From positions 2,666,001-2,730,000 of the forward strand of contig CM120649.1 of the NCBI GenBank assembly GCA_051362555.1: DNA of 64,000 nucleotides, read 5' to 3'. Shown here one piece after another: positions 38,701-51,100 of the stretch. How positions within the stretch are numbered: the stretch's first letter is position 1; each line of letters starts with the position of its first letter. Made by a program: the position numbers and the translations under genes. Source of the DNA: Lingula anatina (taxonomy: Eukaryota; Animalia; Brachiopoda). The notes beneath the pieces were generated by a model, which ran no database searches, was not told where the DNA came from, and saw only the letters and a program-made list of their open reading frames with translations.

Positions 38701-40940
38701 ATACAGTGCTTTGAAAACAATAATTTTGGTAAGTGAAGGACATTATTGTGAACTGTTTATTATAAGATTGAGACTTAAGCATTTAAGGCTAAACATGACA
38801 CCTGAAATTGGGATTTTTGCAACCTTACTGACAAACTCCAAATGGAATTTTTTTTCAAATTATGACTATGAAGAAAATTGTATAATTTCAATCACTTTTT
38901 CATTTTCAATTTTATTATTTATTTTGGCAAAAACACTTTATCATTTAGCCAACATTTATCAAAATTTTGTTGAAAGGCTAAGGCAAAAATATTTCTTAAG
39001 CATAAACTAAGATGAATGATGCATTAGATATACTGTACATTCTACTCTGCTTTGCAGAATCCATCGCAAACAAGCTACATCTCCAGAACCTGGCAGAGTT
39101 TCAGCTAGCCAGTGGCCCAGCACCCTATCATTTGGCAGCATATGTGCCTGGTAACAAGGTAAACTTTCTTGTGGACCATTCTACGAAAATATAACTCTCC
39201 AAGTCAGTGAAGGTCACGTTTTGTGTAGCATTTGCAATCTGCTTTATATCACTTTTTTGAAAATTTAGATTAATGTTGATTTTTGTAGGAAAAAGATGGA
39301 GCAAGTTAGAATAGTTCAATTGTCTAGTTGATATTTTGATTTTTTTTCATCTTCATTTTTTCAAGAAAATAAAGATTGACAGGTTTGCTTTTTCAAAAAA
39401 AAAAAAAAAAAAAAAAAATTAAATATAAATCAATAAACAAATAAATGAATTAATAACCAAAAACATAAATGCATAAAACAAATATTTAATTTCTGAAATT
39501 GAATGGGAAAGAAAATACAGAAATCATAAAATTAGATTAAAAAATTGGACTTATTTCTTGATTTCAATAATTCATTATTTGTCATAATTATTAATTAAAC
39601 TAAAGAAATAATAATAATTATAATAATGTGATTTAGGGTCAGCCAGCCTTTGTGAGAGTGTACAGGTACCCAGAATTTTCTGGTCCCAACTCTGTCCTTG
39701 CCAACAAAAGTGTCTTCAAGTGCGACAAGGCAGAAATGTACTGGAATAAAAAAGGTGGGAGTAATATATTTAATATTTTATTATTATGATCATGATTCTT
39801 TTTCTAATTATTATTATCAGTGTGTTTTTTGATATTTTGATGTAATGATACTAATGTGACAGATGCTGTGGTCTGGGATAGACAGAGGTGTAACAGGGGC
39901 AGATCCAGAGCTATTTTTTGACAAATTACCAGTATTTTTGTTGATCTGTACACCATTTTTGACTGTCTTCCAACAGAATAAATTAGATACCTGTCAATGT
40001 ACACTTGAAAATCTGACGGTCTTCCGGAAGACCCAGAAGACAGTCTCAATCCGCCCCTGTGTAAGACTGTAATACATATCTAAAGATGTTATATGACCAT
40101 AGCAATATACGCTTTATTCAGTTAAGGGGTGTTTTTTTTTTTTTGAAAAGCGAGTACCTTCTCTCCCTATACATGTAAAATATTGCTAGGGTGACAGTTA
40201 CTATCTCATACTTAATTTTCTTATTAATTTGATACTAGAAAGTGATTAGAAGTTGTAATTTTGATATTTTAGGCACCTCACTCCTAATCCTGACAGCCAC
40301 AGAGACCTCAGCTGGCTCCTACTACGGTGACAATAGTCTTCATTATATAGATGTCAAAGGCACCAGTAGTATGGTACCTTTAGGTAAGTAGAACAATATT
40401 ATATACATTATATAGATGTCAAAGGCACCAGTAGTATGGTACCTTTAGGTAAGTAGAACAATATTATATACATTATATAGATGTCAAAGGCACCAGTAGT
40501 ATGGTACCTTTAGGTGAGTGGAACAATATTATATACATTATATAGATGTTAAAGGCACCAGTAGTATGGTACCTTTAGGTGAGTACATATATTGGATTTG
40601 ACCATTTGTGCTTTGGTAGCAACTCCTTTCAAACTAAATATATCAAACATGGCAAACATACTGAAATTATATATATATATAATTATATATATTTTTTTTT
40701 TTTCAGAAACTTTAAGCTTATTTTAGACTGCAACTTTTTCAGAGAATTTTAATCATATTTTCGGGTATAATATAAAGTTGCTTGGAGAAATACATTTTTG
40801 AATGACATGAATAAATGGAGATTCTCTATTTTCAGGCAAAAATGGCCCTGTTTACAGTTTGCAGTGGAATCCAAATTCACAGGAGTTTTGTGCAGTGTAT
40901 GGTTGTATCTTTGGCTTCTGGTCTGTTTTACACGCGTGCG

Positions 40941-40987
<47 letters not shown>

Positions 40988-42839
40988 ACATAATAACACA
41001 CACAAACATGAGCAATCATGCATGCATGCAAACACACACAAAAGAGAAAGACATGCATCCACATGAAGGGTCCTCTCTGTGTCACTTTTACGTCACATTA
41101 GAAATAAGCAACTATTTTCAAAACCATTCTTCAAGTTGGTTAACTCCTTGACCAGTGTCCAGATATGCCTGCCAAGGCCACCCTTTACAATCTGAAGTGT
41201 GAGCCCGTCTTTGACTTTGGGACAGGACCCAGGAATACGGTGGCTTACAACGCACATGGAAACAGTATCCTTTGTCAACCACTTAGATGAAAATATCTGC
41301 CAGTGGATTTTTTAAAATAAGTGATTCTAAAAGAAGAAATCGGGGGCCTTTTTCAGTTCTTATCTCGCTCTTTGTAATGGTTTGATATCTCACAGAGAAA
41401 TGCTTATGAAAATCAAAGTTGTGTGTATTTGCAGTAGCTCTCATTTATTTTTATTACTCAGTTATTGCAGCTAGTCCTGCAATTTGATAGAATTAATGTG
41501 GAATATTGATTTGATAATCAACAAACTGAAGTCATTTTCTTATTTACAAAACAAAACAAAAAACTTGACTCTTTCTCTCAGTTGTGTGCCTAGCTGGCTT
41601 TGGAAATCTCCGTGGTAACCTCGAGTTCTGGGATACGAAGCAGAAGAAGCAGATCAAGCAGACGGAGGCCTCTGACTCTACCATGTTTGAGTGGTGTCCA
41701 GACGGCGTCCATTTTCTCACAGCCACCACTGCCCCTAGGCTCAGGGTGGGCAATGGGTGGGTAGTGGATTAGTTCCACAAAACCAGTTATAAGATTGGTT
41801 CCACAATTAAAACAAGTATTGGATTAATGGTTCCACTCAAACACTTAATCTCATACAATGTGCATAATCATGATTATTATTATTTCTTGAAATGGTGCTG
41901 TTTGCAAATTTACTTACTAACAACTAATAAAATCTAAAACCATGAGTCTTAGATTAAATACTTAACTAAGAAGAAGGAACAATTATTGCTGAAAGATAAT
42001 AACAGTTGTAACTGAGCACCTGTACTATGTAATTTCTTAGATACAAGGTGTGGCACTACACGGGAACACTACTTCACCACTACAGTGTCCCCAAGGACTC
42101 GGAACTGTGGGAGGCAAAATGGCAGTCAGCACCTCAAGGGCTATACAAAGAACAACCCGTCACATATAGGGCTGTGGAATCTACTGTGGTGCAGCCAGCA
42201 AGTGAGTCTGTTTTGTTTAGTTATTTTGTTGTGTTTTGTTTTGTTTTGTTTTGTTTTGTTTTGAAGAAGAATAGCTTTGACTTTTTTATGGATGCATACC
42301 CACACAAGTTTGGTTGTTCTGATGAATACATGTGTCTTGTTTTGATGACTGCATTTCCTGTGAAGTAGGGTCATTTTAACTTATTGGCCACTTCATCAAC
42401 AGGGTGTCTGATTATGTTATGTTTAGTTCACACATTAAATGTTATGGCCTTAGGGATAAATTTTACTATATTTCAGTAAGACTCATTACTTGTTTGAAAA
42501 ATAGACATGCATGTATATATATCATAATTATAGCTAAAGCGGCTGCGTACCGCCCCCCTGGTGCCAGAGGACAGGCTGTCAGTTTTAAGGTCCACGAAGA
42601 GGATGAACTGCCGTCCAACGCTAAACAACAGGCTAACCCAGGTAAACAGGTTTTCATACACCTGATCCAGGTTCTTTATTAGCAAAATTCACTACATGCC
42701 TGTTAATTGTGTCTGACCTGGTAAGTACAAACATGAGCTTTTTCCACAGAAAAGCGGAAATCTGCTTTTTTAAAATTCAATTCTGATGGTTCCTGTGATT
42801 TGGCAAGGTTTGGTGTTGGATCCCATGATAAATGTTCAA

Positions 42840-42890
<51 letters not shown>

Positions 42891-43182
42891 CTAGGCTCAT
42901 GTCTGTGGTGTGATTTTTCTGTTAGTCTGGTCTGTCAGTAAACGTGGGTTTTAATGTTTATCAGTCACCAAAATGCAATGTCCGTACATATTTCAGAAAA
43001 CATGTCAAAGGCTGCATTAAAGAATAAGAAAAAAAGGGAAGCCAAAGCAAAAGCGAAAGAAGAACAGGTAATATTCTGATATTACATTTAATGTTTGTAC
43101 ATCTCCCCAGATGAAAGCACTGCTTCATTTTTTAATGTTGTTCATCATTTTTATATCTGTTGTAAGTAAACATGACACAGAC

Positions 43183-43235
<53 letters not shown>

Positions 43236-44451
43236 GGAGAATTTTCACATTTTTCATGCCATTCATTCCACGCATACTTCATTATTCTCCAGGGAAGTGC
43301 AGGTGCTGCCCCCTCCAGGCCTTCCACGGCACCAGCTCCTGCTGCTGTGTCCACAGGAGATCCAGAGAAAGATAAAAAGATTAAAAACCTCACAAAGGTA
43401 GTTTGGATTTTATAAAAGCGGTCCCTCGGCTTCATCGTGTAAAAAATATTGACATTTTGATTCCAGCATTCAATAAGTCCATATCCGAAGTTTCCCACAG
43501 ATAAAAGAACAGATCAATAAAATGTCATTTTCTATGATACAAAGAAAATGAAAAAAAAAAAATTATACTGAAGTTTCGAATTATCAGATAAAATACAGTT
43601 CAAGTTTGGGCAGTTTAATTTCATAAAAAGAAAGTGCAGTCTGTTATGTAGAAAAAATAATAACGTGTATCAGGTGAAATAATAGGTAAATTTAATTTTC
43701 CTTGATACAAAGAAAATACAAACTTTTGATTTGAAATTTAGAATTAACAGACGAGATAAAACAAATTTTAGGGGATTTTTTAATACATAGAAGTATTTTT
43801 TTGAGGTAAACTAATACAATTGAAAGTTACAATTAAAGTAAACTATGTACTTTCCATTTCAGAAACTACAACAGATTGAGAAGCTCAAGGAGGACCAGAA
43901 AGCAGGGAAACAGCTAGAAAAGAACCAGGTAACACATTTTTAACATAGCAATAAACAACAGTCACGCCTGAGGAACACATGTATAACCATTCTGTAAAGT
44001 ACTTGAGGCTATGGTAACAACTCGGATTTTTTCAACGGGGAAAATTATCAGTCTTTTAGATACATAATTTCGGAATTGGTAAAAAATGTACTTTTGTGTA
44101 GCATATTTGGTGCTTTTGCTGTAAAGGAATAAAAATACAAGGTGGCCTGTTTTTCAGTCTTGTTGCTACCACTCAGTAGGAATGTTCTAATATCAAGAAT
44201 TTCTGAATCTGTAAAATTCAGAATCCCCCCTCCCCCATTGAAAAGATCGAGTAATTACCCTATGTAATCGTTTTTTATTTTAACTGGTCTAAAAGTGGAG
44301 TGCCAGACTTCTGCTTTCTGGTGTTATCACTTTTTTTTTTTTGTAAATTATTGCAAGTGTAAGAGATTTCAAAATTGTATGTTTTCAGTTGGAAAAGCTG
44401 AACAGTGAAACAACATTAAGGATGGAATTACAGGATTTACGACTGTCCTGA
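34992..44451 (+). CDS. EIF2A: Eukaryotic translation initiation factor 2A; 18 coding exons: 34992-35019, 35954-36023, 36315-36389, 36756-36874, 37939-38038, 38646-38728, 39058-39158, 39637-39754, 40273-40383, 40836-40904, 41163-41264, 41582-41756, 42041-42201, 42534-42641, 42997-43067, 43293-43397, 43863-43928, 44389-44451
   Basis: Peptides IANKLHLQN, YVPGNKGQPAFVR, SYYGD, EFCAVYGYMPAKATLYNLKCEPVFDFGTGPRN, LAGFGNLRG, TATTAPRLRVGNGYKVWHYTG, AYRPP, DKKIKNL, LEKNQLEK; reading frame continuous across junctions. Confidence 0.95.
36891..37080. repeat. (GAGT)n microsatellite with GAATGAGTCCA variants, continuing at 37696-37770
   Basis: Direct reading. Confidence 0.9.
37081..37692. mobile_element. 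PIF/Harbinger-like MITE (TTA duplication) in eIF2A intron 4
   Basis: TTA|GGCCTCATTCAGAA..ACTAGTCCGAGGGTCAAATATG ... CATATTTGACCCTCGGACTAGTTTTCTGAATGGGGCC|TTA. Confidence 0.8.
37145..37582 (+). mobile_element. 5'-truncated Rex1/Babar-like non-LTR retrotransposon nested in the MITE
   Basis: Open frame IESILTFAIIVWYG...KIIGLELPSL...THPAHGLFKFLPS...RFLKSFYPSAV, typical of the Rex1/Babar ORF C-terminus; 3' tail AATAAAC(TCTTA)n. Confidence 0.8.
39894..40059. mobile_element. Short CAGGGGC..GCCCCTG MITE with 5-bp duplication TGTAA
   Basis: TGTAA|CAGGGGCAGATCCAG...AATCCGCCCCTG|TGTAA. Confidence 0.7.
40341..40585 (+). repeat. ~3.8 copies of a 65-bp tandem repeat spanning the eIF2A exon 9 end and donor
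   Basis: Unit CATTATATAGATGTCAAAGGCACCAGTAGTATGGTACCTTTAGGTRAGTRGAACAATATTATATA at 40341, 40406, 40471, 40536. Confidence 0.95.
40905..41162 (+). other. Putative U12-type intron (eIF2A intron 10)
   Basis: Donor GTATCTTT; branch TCCTTGAC at 41145-41152, ~10 nt from the AG; no polypyrimidine tract. Confidence 0.75.
41265..41581 (+). other. Putative U12-type intron (eIF2A intron 11)
   Basis: Canonical U12 donor GTATCCTTT; weaker branch ACTTGAC at 41563-41569. Confidence 0.75.
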
Positions 44452-45159
44452 TACCTTACTGTGACACTACAGAACAAGAAGAGATTGACTTTATAACAGA
44501 TGAAAAACAAATTGACAAATGTTTTATTTATTTTGCAGTTAGTGCAATAATAAAATCAGGCTCGTTTTGTCCTTTTTTTAATATTTGGTTAAGCACAGTT
44601 TCCCTGATAGTGCAGTTTAACTGCCTCCTTTCATCCAAGAAAATGTTTACACTCATCTGGTAATTTGTATTGGTAGTTTGCCATTTCAGTCTTAAATGAT
44701 CTTTATAAAGTTAAAGTGTCAACAAAAAGTTAGGCATTAAATTTCTGAATAAAATGTGATTAATTTAAATTGAATTCATTTCTACTTTTTTTCTTTTTCA
44801 TTTCTTTCATGTGGAACATCATCGGAGAACCCCAAACAGTAATTGACAAGGATAAAATAAAAGAAAGCACATCTTTATAACAAGAAGTTTATTTCATAAT
44901 ACTCAGAAATTTTGCTTCTTCATATCTTTAAGCACCCTGCAATAGTTGCCAGTCTAACAAACGTGTAGCTGGTTTAAGTATTCACTTAGTCATCTGTCTG
45001 AAACTTGCACATGGTAGTGTGTGACCTTGAACGTAACTTGTGAAAATTCTGGGAAAACTGTAAACTTTGGTCGGTACAAAGGGACTATGTCAGAAGTGCA
45101 GTCCAAGGCAGTCCAGAACAGTTTAAAATTTGGTGTTCTTCAGTAGAAACCATCCTCGG

Positions 45160-48100
45160 CTAGCTTTCTCCTTGACCTTGACTTTCAGGTTCCTTCTTTT
45201 GCTTCTCTATTTCTTGACGCCGTCTGCCAGGGACATAGATGGCACGCTCTGGGCGATCCTTGAAATAATGAAAAATAAAAATGAACAGGGTAAAAATAAT
45301 ACATTCACTTTTATGATTAGTTTCTTTCAATTTTTAAAGATACAAAGTCACTATACATTCAAGAAGATGTTTAGAAAAACTCCTGCCATGAATCCAGTTA
45401 ACTCCTCTTTTCAAAAAAAAAAAAAAAATACTTATTACAAACAAAAACTAGAACTACTGCTTGAACCTCGTACCTTATAACGTCGTCTCTCCTTTTTCTC
45501 GCCTGCTCCCTCCTCCTTTCCCGAGCTGTCGCTTCCTTTACTATTTTCATCACCAATACGCTTGGCAGCCATATCTGTAGCACCTTTGTTACCCTCTCTG
45601 GTTTCTGAAGCTTCTGAAGGTTTCTCGTCCTTCTTGGTTTGAGGAACTGGCTTTGATTTATCTTCCTTAGGGCCAGGTTGTGTAGCATCAGATTTTTCCT
45701 TTTCTGTCAGCTTCTCATCCTGCAAGATTAGAAAACTTACTTATAATTTAAATTTACTTCTTTTTTTTTTCACAAGTTTAAAGGTTGTGGATCTTTGTAC
45801 TTGGGGAAAATTTCAGTTAAGCAGTATTTAATTACTTTGTCACAGAGTAATTTTTTATGATGGATTCCTTTTATGAGTATTAAATTTTACTATACTTTTT
45901 TGTCGGGTAATGGAAAATTTAACATTTTGACATGACATAGTTAAATTCAGCATGACCACTGCTAATTTCTGAATTACCTTTTTTGTGTCTTTGAAATCTT
46001 TCCTTTCGGAGTCTTTCTTGGAACTGCCTGGTCTGAAATGAAGAAAAAAATTGATTACATGTTTTTAAGTATCTAAAAATATGTCTCACAAAATATTTTG
46101 ACAAATAGTTTGCCCTTATGCCTTCAATGTGATTTTTTTCAATAAAAATAATGGGATAAAGAAAATTCAAGTGTAAGAGGTGTATAATGATCAACCTTTC
46201 ATTCCTGTTGCCTCTATTTCCACCTTCATTTCGCTTTGCACCTACAGATCTTTGTTGCTCTTTTTCTTTTTGTCTTTCTCTCTCTCTTTCCCTAAGGAAA
46301 AAAAATAAATGTGCCAATGATTCACAATTTCCAACATAACAAAATGATCTGCTTATGAATACTGTATAAAATAGCAAAATAGCCTCATTTTAAGACAAGC
46401 AAAATATATTAGCTGAAACATAGAGCAAACTGACAGCTAAATATATTCACCAAAAAGAAACCTTTCAACAAGTACAAAATAAAAACCTTGTAGAGGAAAA
46501 CACTTCCTTTCAGAAATGACAATTAAAAATCGCAATTTCAAAATTATAATAACTTCAGGCCTTCCCAACTACCAGACTCGGCACCTACGGGTCCAGAATA
46601 AACCGGTATATCTGACCACACTACCCGTTTTCAAGGTGTGTGTCAGATCGCATAAAAGAGTATCATACCCTATCACAAATTCTGTAAGCCTACCTGTCAT
46701 CCGGGTATCGCGCCTCGTTTTCGTCAAGTAGGAGTCGTATGAACACAACAGACGACTCCCTCAATCAGGGGGTGGAAACGCGCTACTTATATGATTAAGA
46801 CGAGTCTAGCCGTCAGTACCGGTTATTGTTTTGTGACCTTGAGGAGCAATTAGGTTTGGTCGTTGCGGCACGCATGAACAGTAGTTGAACTACCACAACT
46901 GTTCACTCGTCATCGAGGCGCTTGTTCAAGACTACAGGCTGATGTCTACTAGTACTACCAGTGGCTTCATTAGTAACGTTCCCACAATACTTAAGTTTTC
47001 TGTCCGTGCATACAAACCCTGAAAAAGGACAGCCTCGCTGACGAGAACAATGGACGTTTCTCACCCCTCTCTAGGATTACCCCTGCCCTCAATCTCGTCC
47101 ATCCCGGTAGTCATGAAAATAATTTAACCCCCGACAGAATATGCTTCCGCTATCAAAATTAAGTCTACTTTTCTAAATTAATATATATGTTTGCAAGTTC
47201 TTATTTACAAAACATCATTGGCTATGTCCGAACCTAAATTTTATGTTAAAAATTGCGGTACTGTCAGATTTTAGCATAAACAGAGAAAATTGCAGCAGCG
47301 CATGAATCTAGATGAGATGCACTACTTTCCAACCCCGCTTAGGATCATTGCTATCACATCGGGCACCAGGCAAAATCGGTGTGGTGGCTGATACTCTGTA
47401 ATGCGATCTGACACACACCTTGAAAACGGGTAGTGTGGTCTGATAAACCGGTTTATACTGGACCCGTAGGTGCCGAGTCTGGTAGTTGGGAAGGCCTGAA
47501 CTTGCAACTATAAATGTTACAGTAACATTCCTGCCAGTGTCCAAAAAAACCTAGGTCAACTAAAACCAGGTCAGAGAAAACTAGGTCAATATCCACCTGT
47601 TTCTTTCCCTGTCCCGCTCCTTCCCACTCTGTGGTCTACTGTTGCTGGTCTCCTTGACAGGAGACTTCTCCTGACCTGGCCTGTCTTCCTTTGTATTCCT
47701 CCCATACTTCTCACTGTCTCTGCCTTTGTCTCTGTCTGGGTTCTTAAGCAGCTACATGGAAACAATTTGTTAATTGTTGACCATATAATAAAAGTATCAT
47801 CAACATCACCATCATTTTATTCTACTACAACAAATACTTCCTTGTGCAACATATAATTGTTATTTTTTACAAAATCCCTTTTAACTCATGACAAAGTTCA
47901 TTGAAAAATTTAAAATATACCATTTGCATTCTTCTCAGAACCCTTTTCACTGTTCAATACCTACTATAAGATCTAACATAAACCAGTAGTTCATTGAACT
48001 AAATGTGTAAAATAATCTAATCCATACTTGTTTTCTTGAAGTTTATTTTCATTTTTTTACCATGATATAAATGACACACAAACATACCTGATAATATGTA

Positions 48101-51100
48101 TTATATACTTAGGTCAAGAAAGCATGAGACTACTAGTAGTCATATCATATTATTTAAATATAGAATATTTCAAAAAGACCAGTTAAAACCAATATGTCTT
48201 ATGATCATGATTTCCTCAAACAGACAACTAAGAAGCTTGCTGGCAAAATTTTACTGCAAAAAAAATTATAAGAAAATAATAATAATAATAATGAGCAAAA
48301 AAAGTAATGGAAACTTTAAATGCTTTTCATGCTGCTCAAAAGCAAAACAATGTTAGTAATTTTATTCCTTGGGATAACACAGTATGTCATTTAGGGCTCC
48401 TGGAAAGTTACTAAATACAATTATAATGTCATCTAAAATAAATAAAACTACTAAGATTATTAAGTATCATAACAAATAAAACCTGGGTAAGTGTAAAAAT
48501 TTTTTTTTTTTATGCAACAAACCAACATTACAGTAACATAAAAAATAGTAATAAATTGAAATTAAGGTATCTCTGTATGAAGGTTAATAACAAAACATTG
48601 GGTATGATAATTTTTTGTTTTGTTTGGTTAGGAAACTACCTGAGCCTTCAGAAACATCTCAATCTGTAATTTCTGAAGAAAGATATCATGGTCCTCCTAA
48701 AAGTTTAATGTTTTGGAGAATAAAATACTGTTCAAATCTCCTCTCTATAAAGCAGATGAAATAACAGACTAGTCTGTTTAAGGCATTTTAATAGAGGGGG
48801 GTAGGGACATATAGAAAAAGAGAGAGAGAGAGAGTAGCCAGTCAAACTAGTAAGAATTTCAGGTATTCACTTAGCAATTGAAATTCTGTCATTCTTTAAA
48901 CATGGTGCAGACGCGCAGCTGCAAACACACACACACAGAAAATAATTTATATACTTATTAAGACACCTTGTCAACATATCCATATAGTGTAATTGGTTTT
49001 GTAAATAATAATCATTCATTTTCTTTGTTTTGAGCACATTTGATTTGTTAAGGTAATTTGTTAGGTAATGCTCATCCTTTTCAAAATGACAGTAACAGTT
49101 ACACAACCACTCTCAAAATTTAAACACCTTATTTATTCCAAAATTTTGGTTCTTCAGTGGCCATTTTTTTTTTTTTTTTTTTTTTGGTTACTCATAAATC
49201 TTTTACCTCTTATTAACAAGACACTTTTTGGATACAAATAATCAAAACTTTGCATACATTTCTGCAACAAAGAATGACACAATCTGATTTTTTTTTCAAT
49301 TAATTGTCAACACCTTTGCTAAAAAGAGAAAGCTTTCCAACTTAAACTATATTTATGCTGGACCCAAAGTGAGATTTGCATATGATATCCCAGATGACGC
49401 AAGGAGATCAGATGTAAAATCTCACTTTGGGCCCAACATACCTACTGTTTATTAAATATTATTTTAATATACCAGCACCTAAATCTGACAATTACCTTCA
49501 CATTTGATGAATCTGACTCTTTCTTTGCAGTTTCTTTTCGTCTTGTGCCATCTCTATCTTCCTTATCCTTGTCTTTCTCCTTTTCTCTTTCCCTCTCCTT
49601 CTCCCTTCTTTTTCTTCTTTCTTCTTCTTTCTGTCGCTTTTTTTCTTGTTCTTTCCTCTTCCTCTCTTCTCTCATTCTCTGCAAAATACAAGCTCATATA
49701 TTAAGGATAGTTTGGATGGATACGTATGAATAAATCATGTGAAAAATTTCCAGATCTGCAAAAATCATTGAACTGTGATTAAAGACATCTAATTAGAATT
49801 GCATAAACTAAACATGCATACAAAGTTGTTTTAGTTGGAAATGATACACAAAAACAGCACTTTCTCAGCATGAAACACTCCAAATAAACAAGATCCATTT
49901 CAAATTTAACGTGCGCCCAGTAGGTAGAAGTAAACAACAAAAAATTGCATTTACATCCCATAATTGTAACATACCTTGCATGTCACGTGACTGAGATACT
50001 AGCACATAAATGAAGTGAGAGAGGGAAGAGGTGTGGGAAAACTGCTCAACCCAGATCAACTGGTTGCAAAGCGCATTCTCTGTCTTACCTGCAGTGCTGC
50101 TCTTCTTTCCTCTTTCTTCCTCTTCAAGTAGTCTAACAATGGTGTGCTGGACTTGACCCCAGCTGAGGCTGAAATAGTTGAGGCAAAAATAAAGTAGACC
50201 ACATAGGAATTGAAAATCCAAAGTTGGTCTCAGAAAAATTTTAGACTGGACACTCTGTCTGAGAGAGAGAGAGAGAGAGAGAGACTGTGTGTGTGCACGT
50301 GCGTGTGCATGCGTGCATGTGTCTCATTTTTCACCCACCTTTCTGTTCTCTTTCCTTGGTCTCAATCTCTTCCACTAAGTTCTCTATGGTTTGTGCAGGT
50401 GCATCTTCCGGGTTCTCCAAGCTCTCCAGAAACTTTATATAATCTGGATCTAAAGTTAATTTAAAATCATGAAAATTTCTATAACATAAATCTTAAATGC
50501 TTATCCGGGCTGAGATTTTTTTGGCTCCCAAAAAGTCGAACATCTGCCGATAGTTAGAAAAATCTCGTTACTGTTGTAAGCACCAACACCACCCCAAAAG
50601 TTGAAAATCATCCGTTTGTTGGAAAAATCTCAACCCTGGTTTATTCTTTCCTACAGCATTAATCTATGCCTACTTTTCAACTTGGTAAAATAAAATGAAT
50701 AAATAAATGATTAAATGAATAAATAAATAATAAATGCACATTTAAAAGATAACAATTGTTCATTTCAGCCAAATAAATTGATTTTCCTGGGGTAAACAAC
50801 AATTTTCCCATATTTACCAATGGATAATAAATCCATTTCTATATTCAAAGTTACGTGGTCCCTGTTTTTTTTTTTTCTCCTAAAAAGTTTTTTGTTATAA
50901 TCTCTTAAGAGTATAGTCATCTATGGAGGTCACGTGGTCTAGCTCAGATGTCAGAATAATAGCTATAACTGCTGTTTTTGTGGTAAAACAAAATATGTTA
51001 TATTTCTTTGAGTTGTTAACAGTGTATTTATTGTGAAATATAGATCTCATACAAAGAGTTGTACCTTGTTCTATTGTGCCCTTCTTAGGGTCTGGTTTCT

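Noticed and set aside
41584-43415. Stand-alone small ORFs such as 41584, 42048, 42404 and 43188 (also 51202, 52240, 61081, 62371)
   Set aside because: Individual exons of eIF2A, UPF3 or TRIM with intron read-through, not separate genes
46516-47544. Pair of similar ORFs (GLPNYQTRHLRVQ) on opposite strands
   Set aside because: They are the two TIRs of the non-autonomous transposon; no transposase motif
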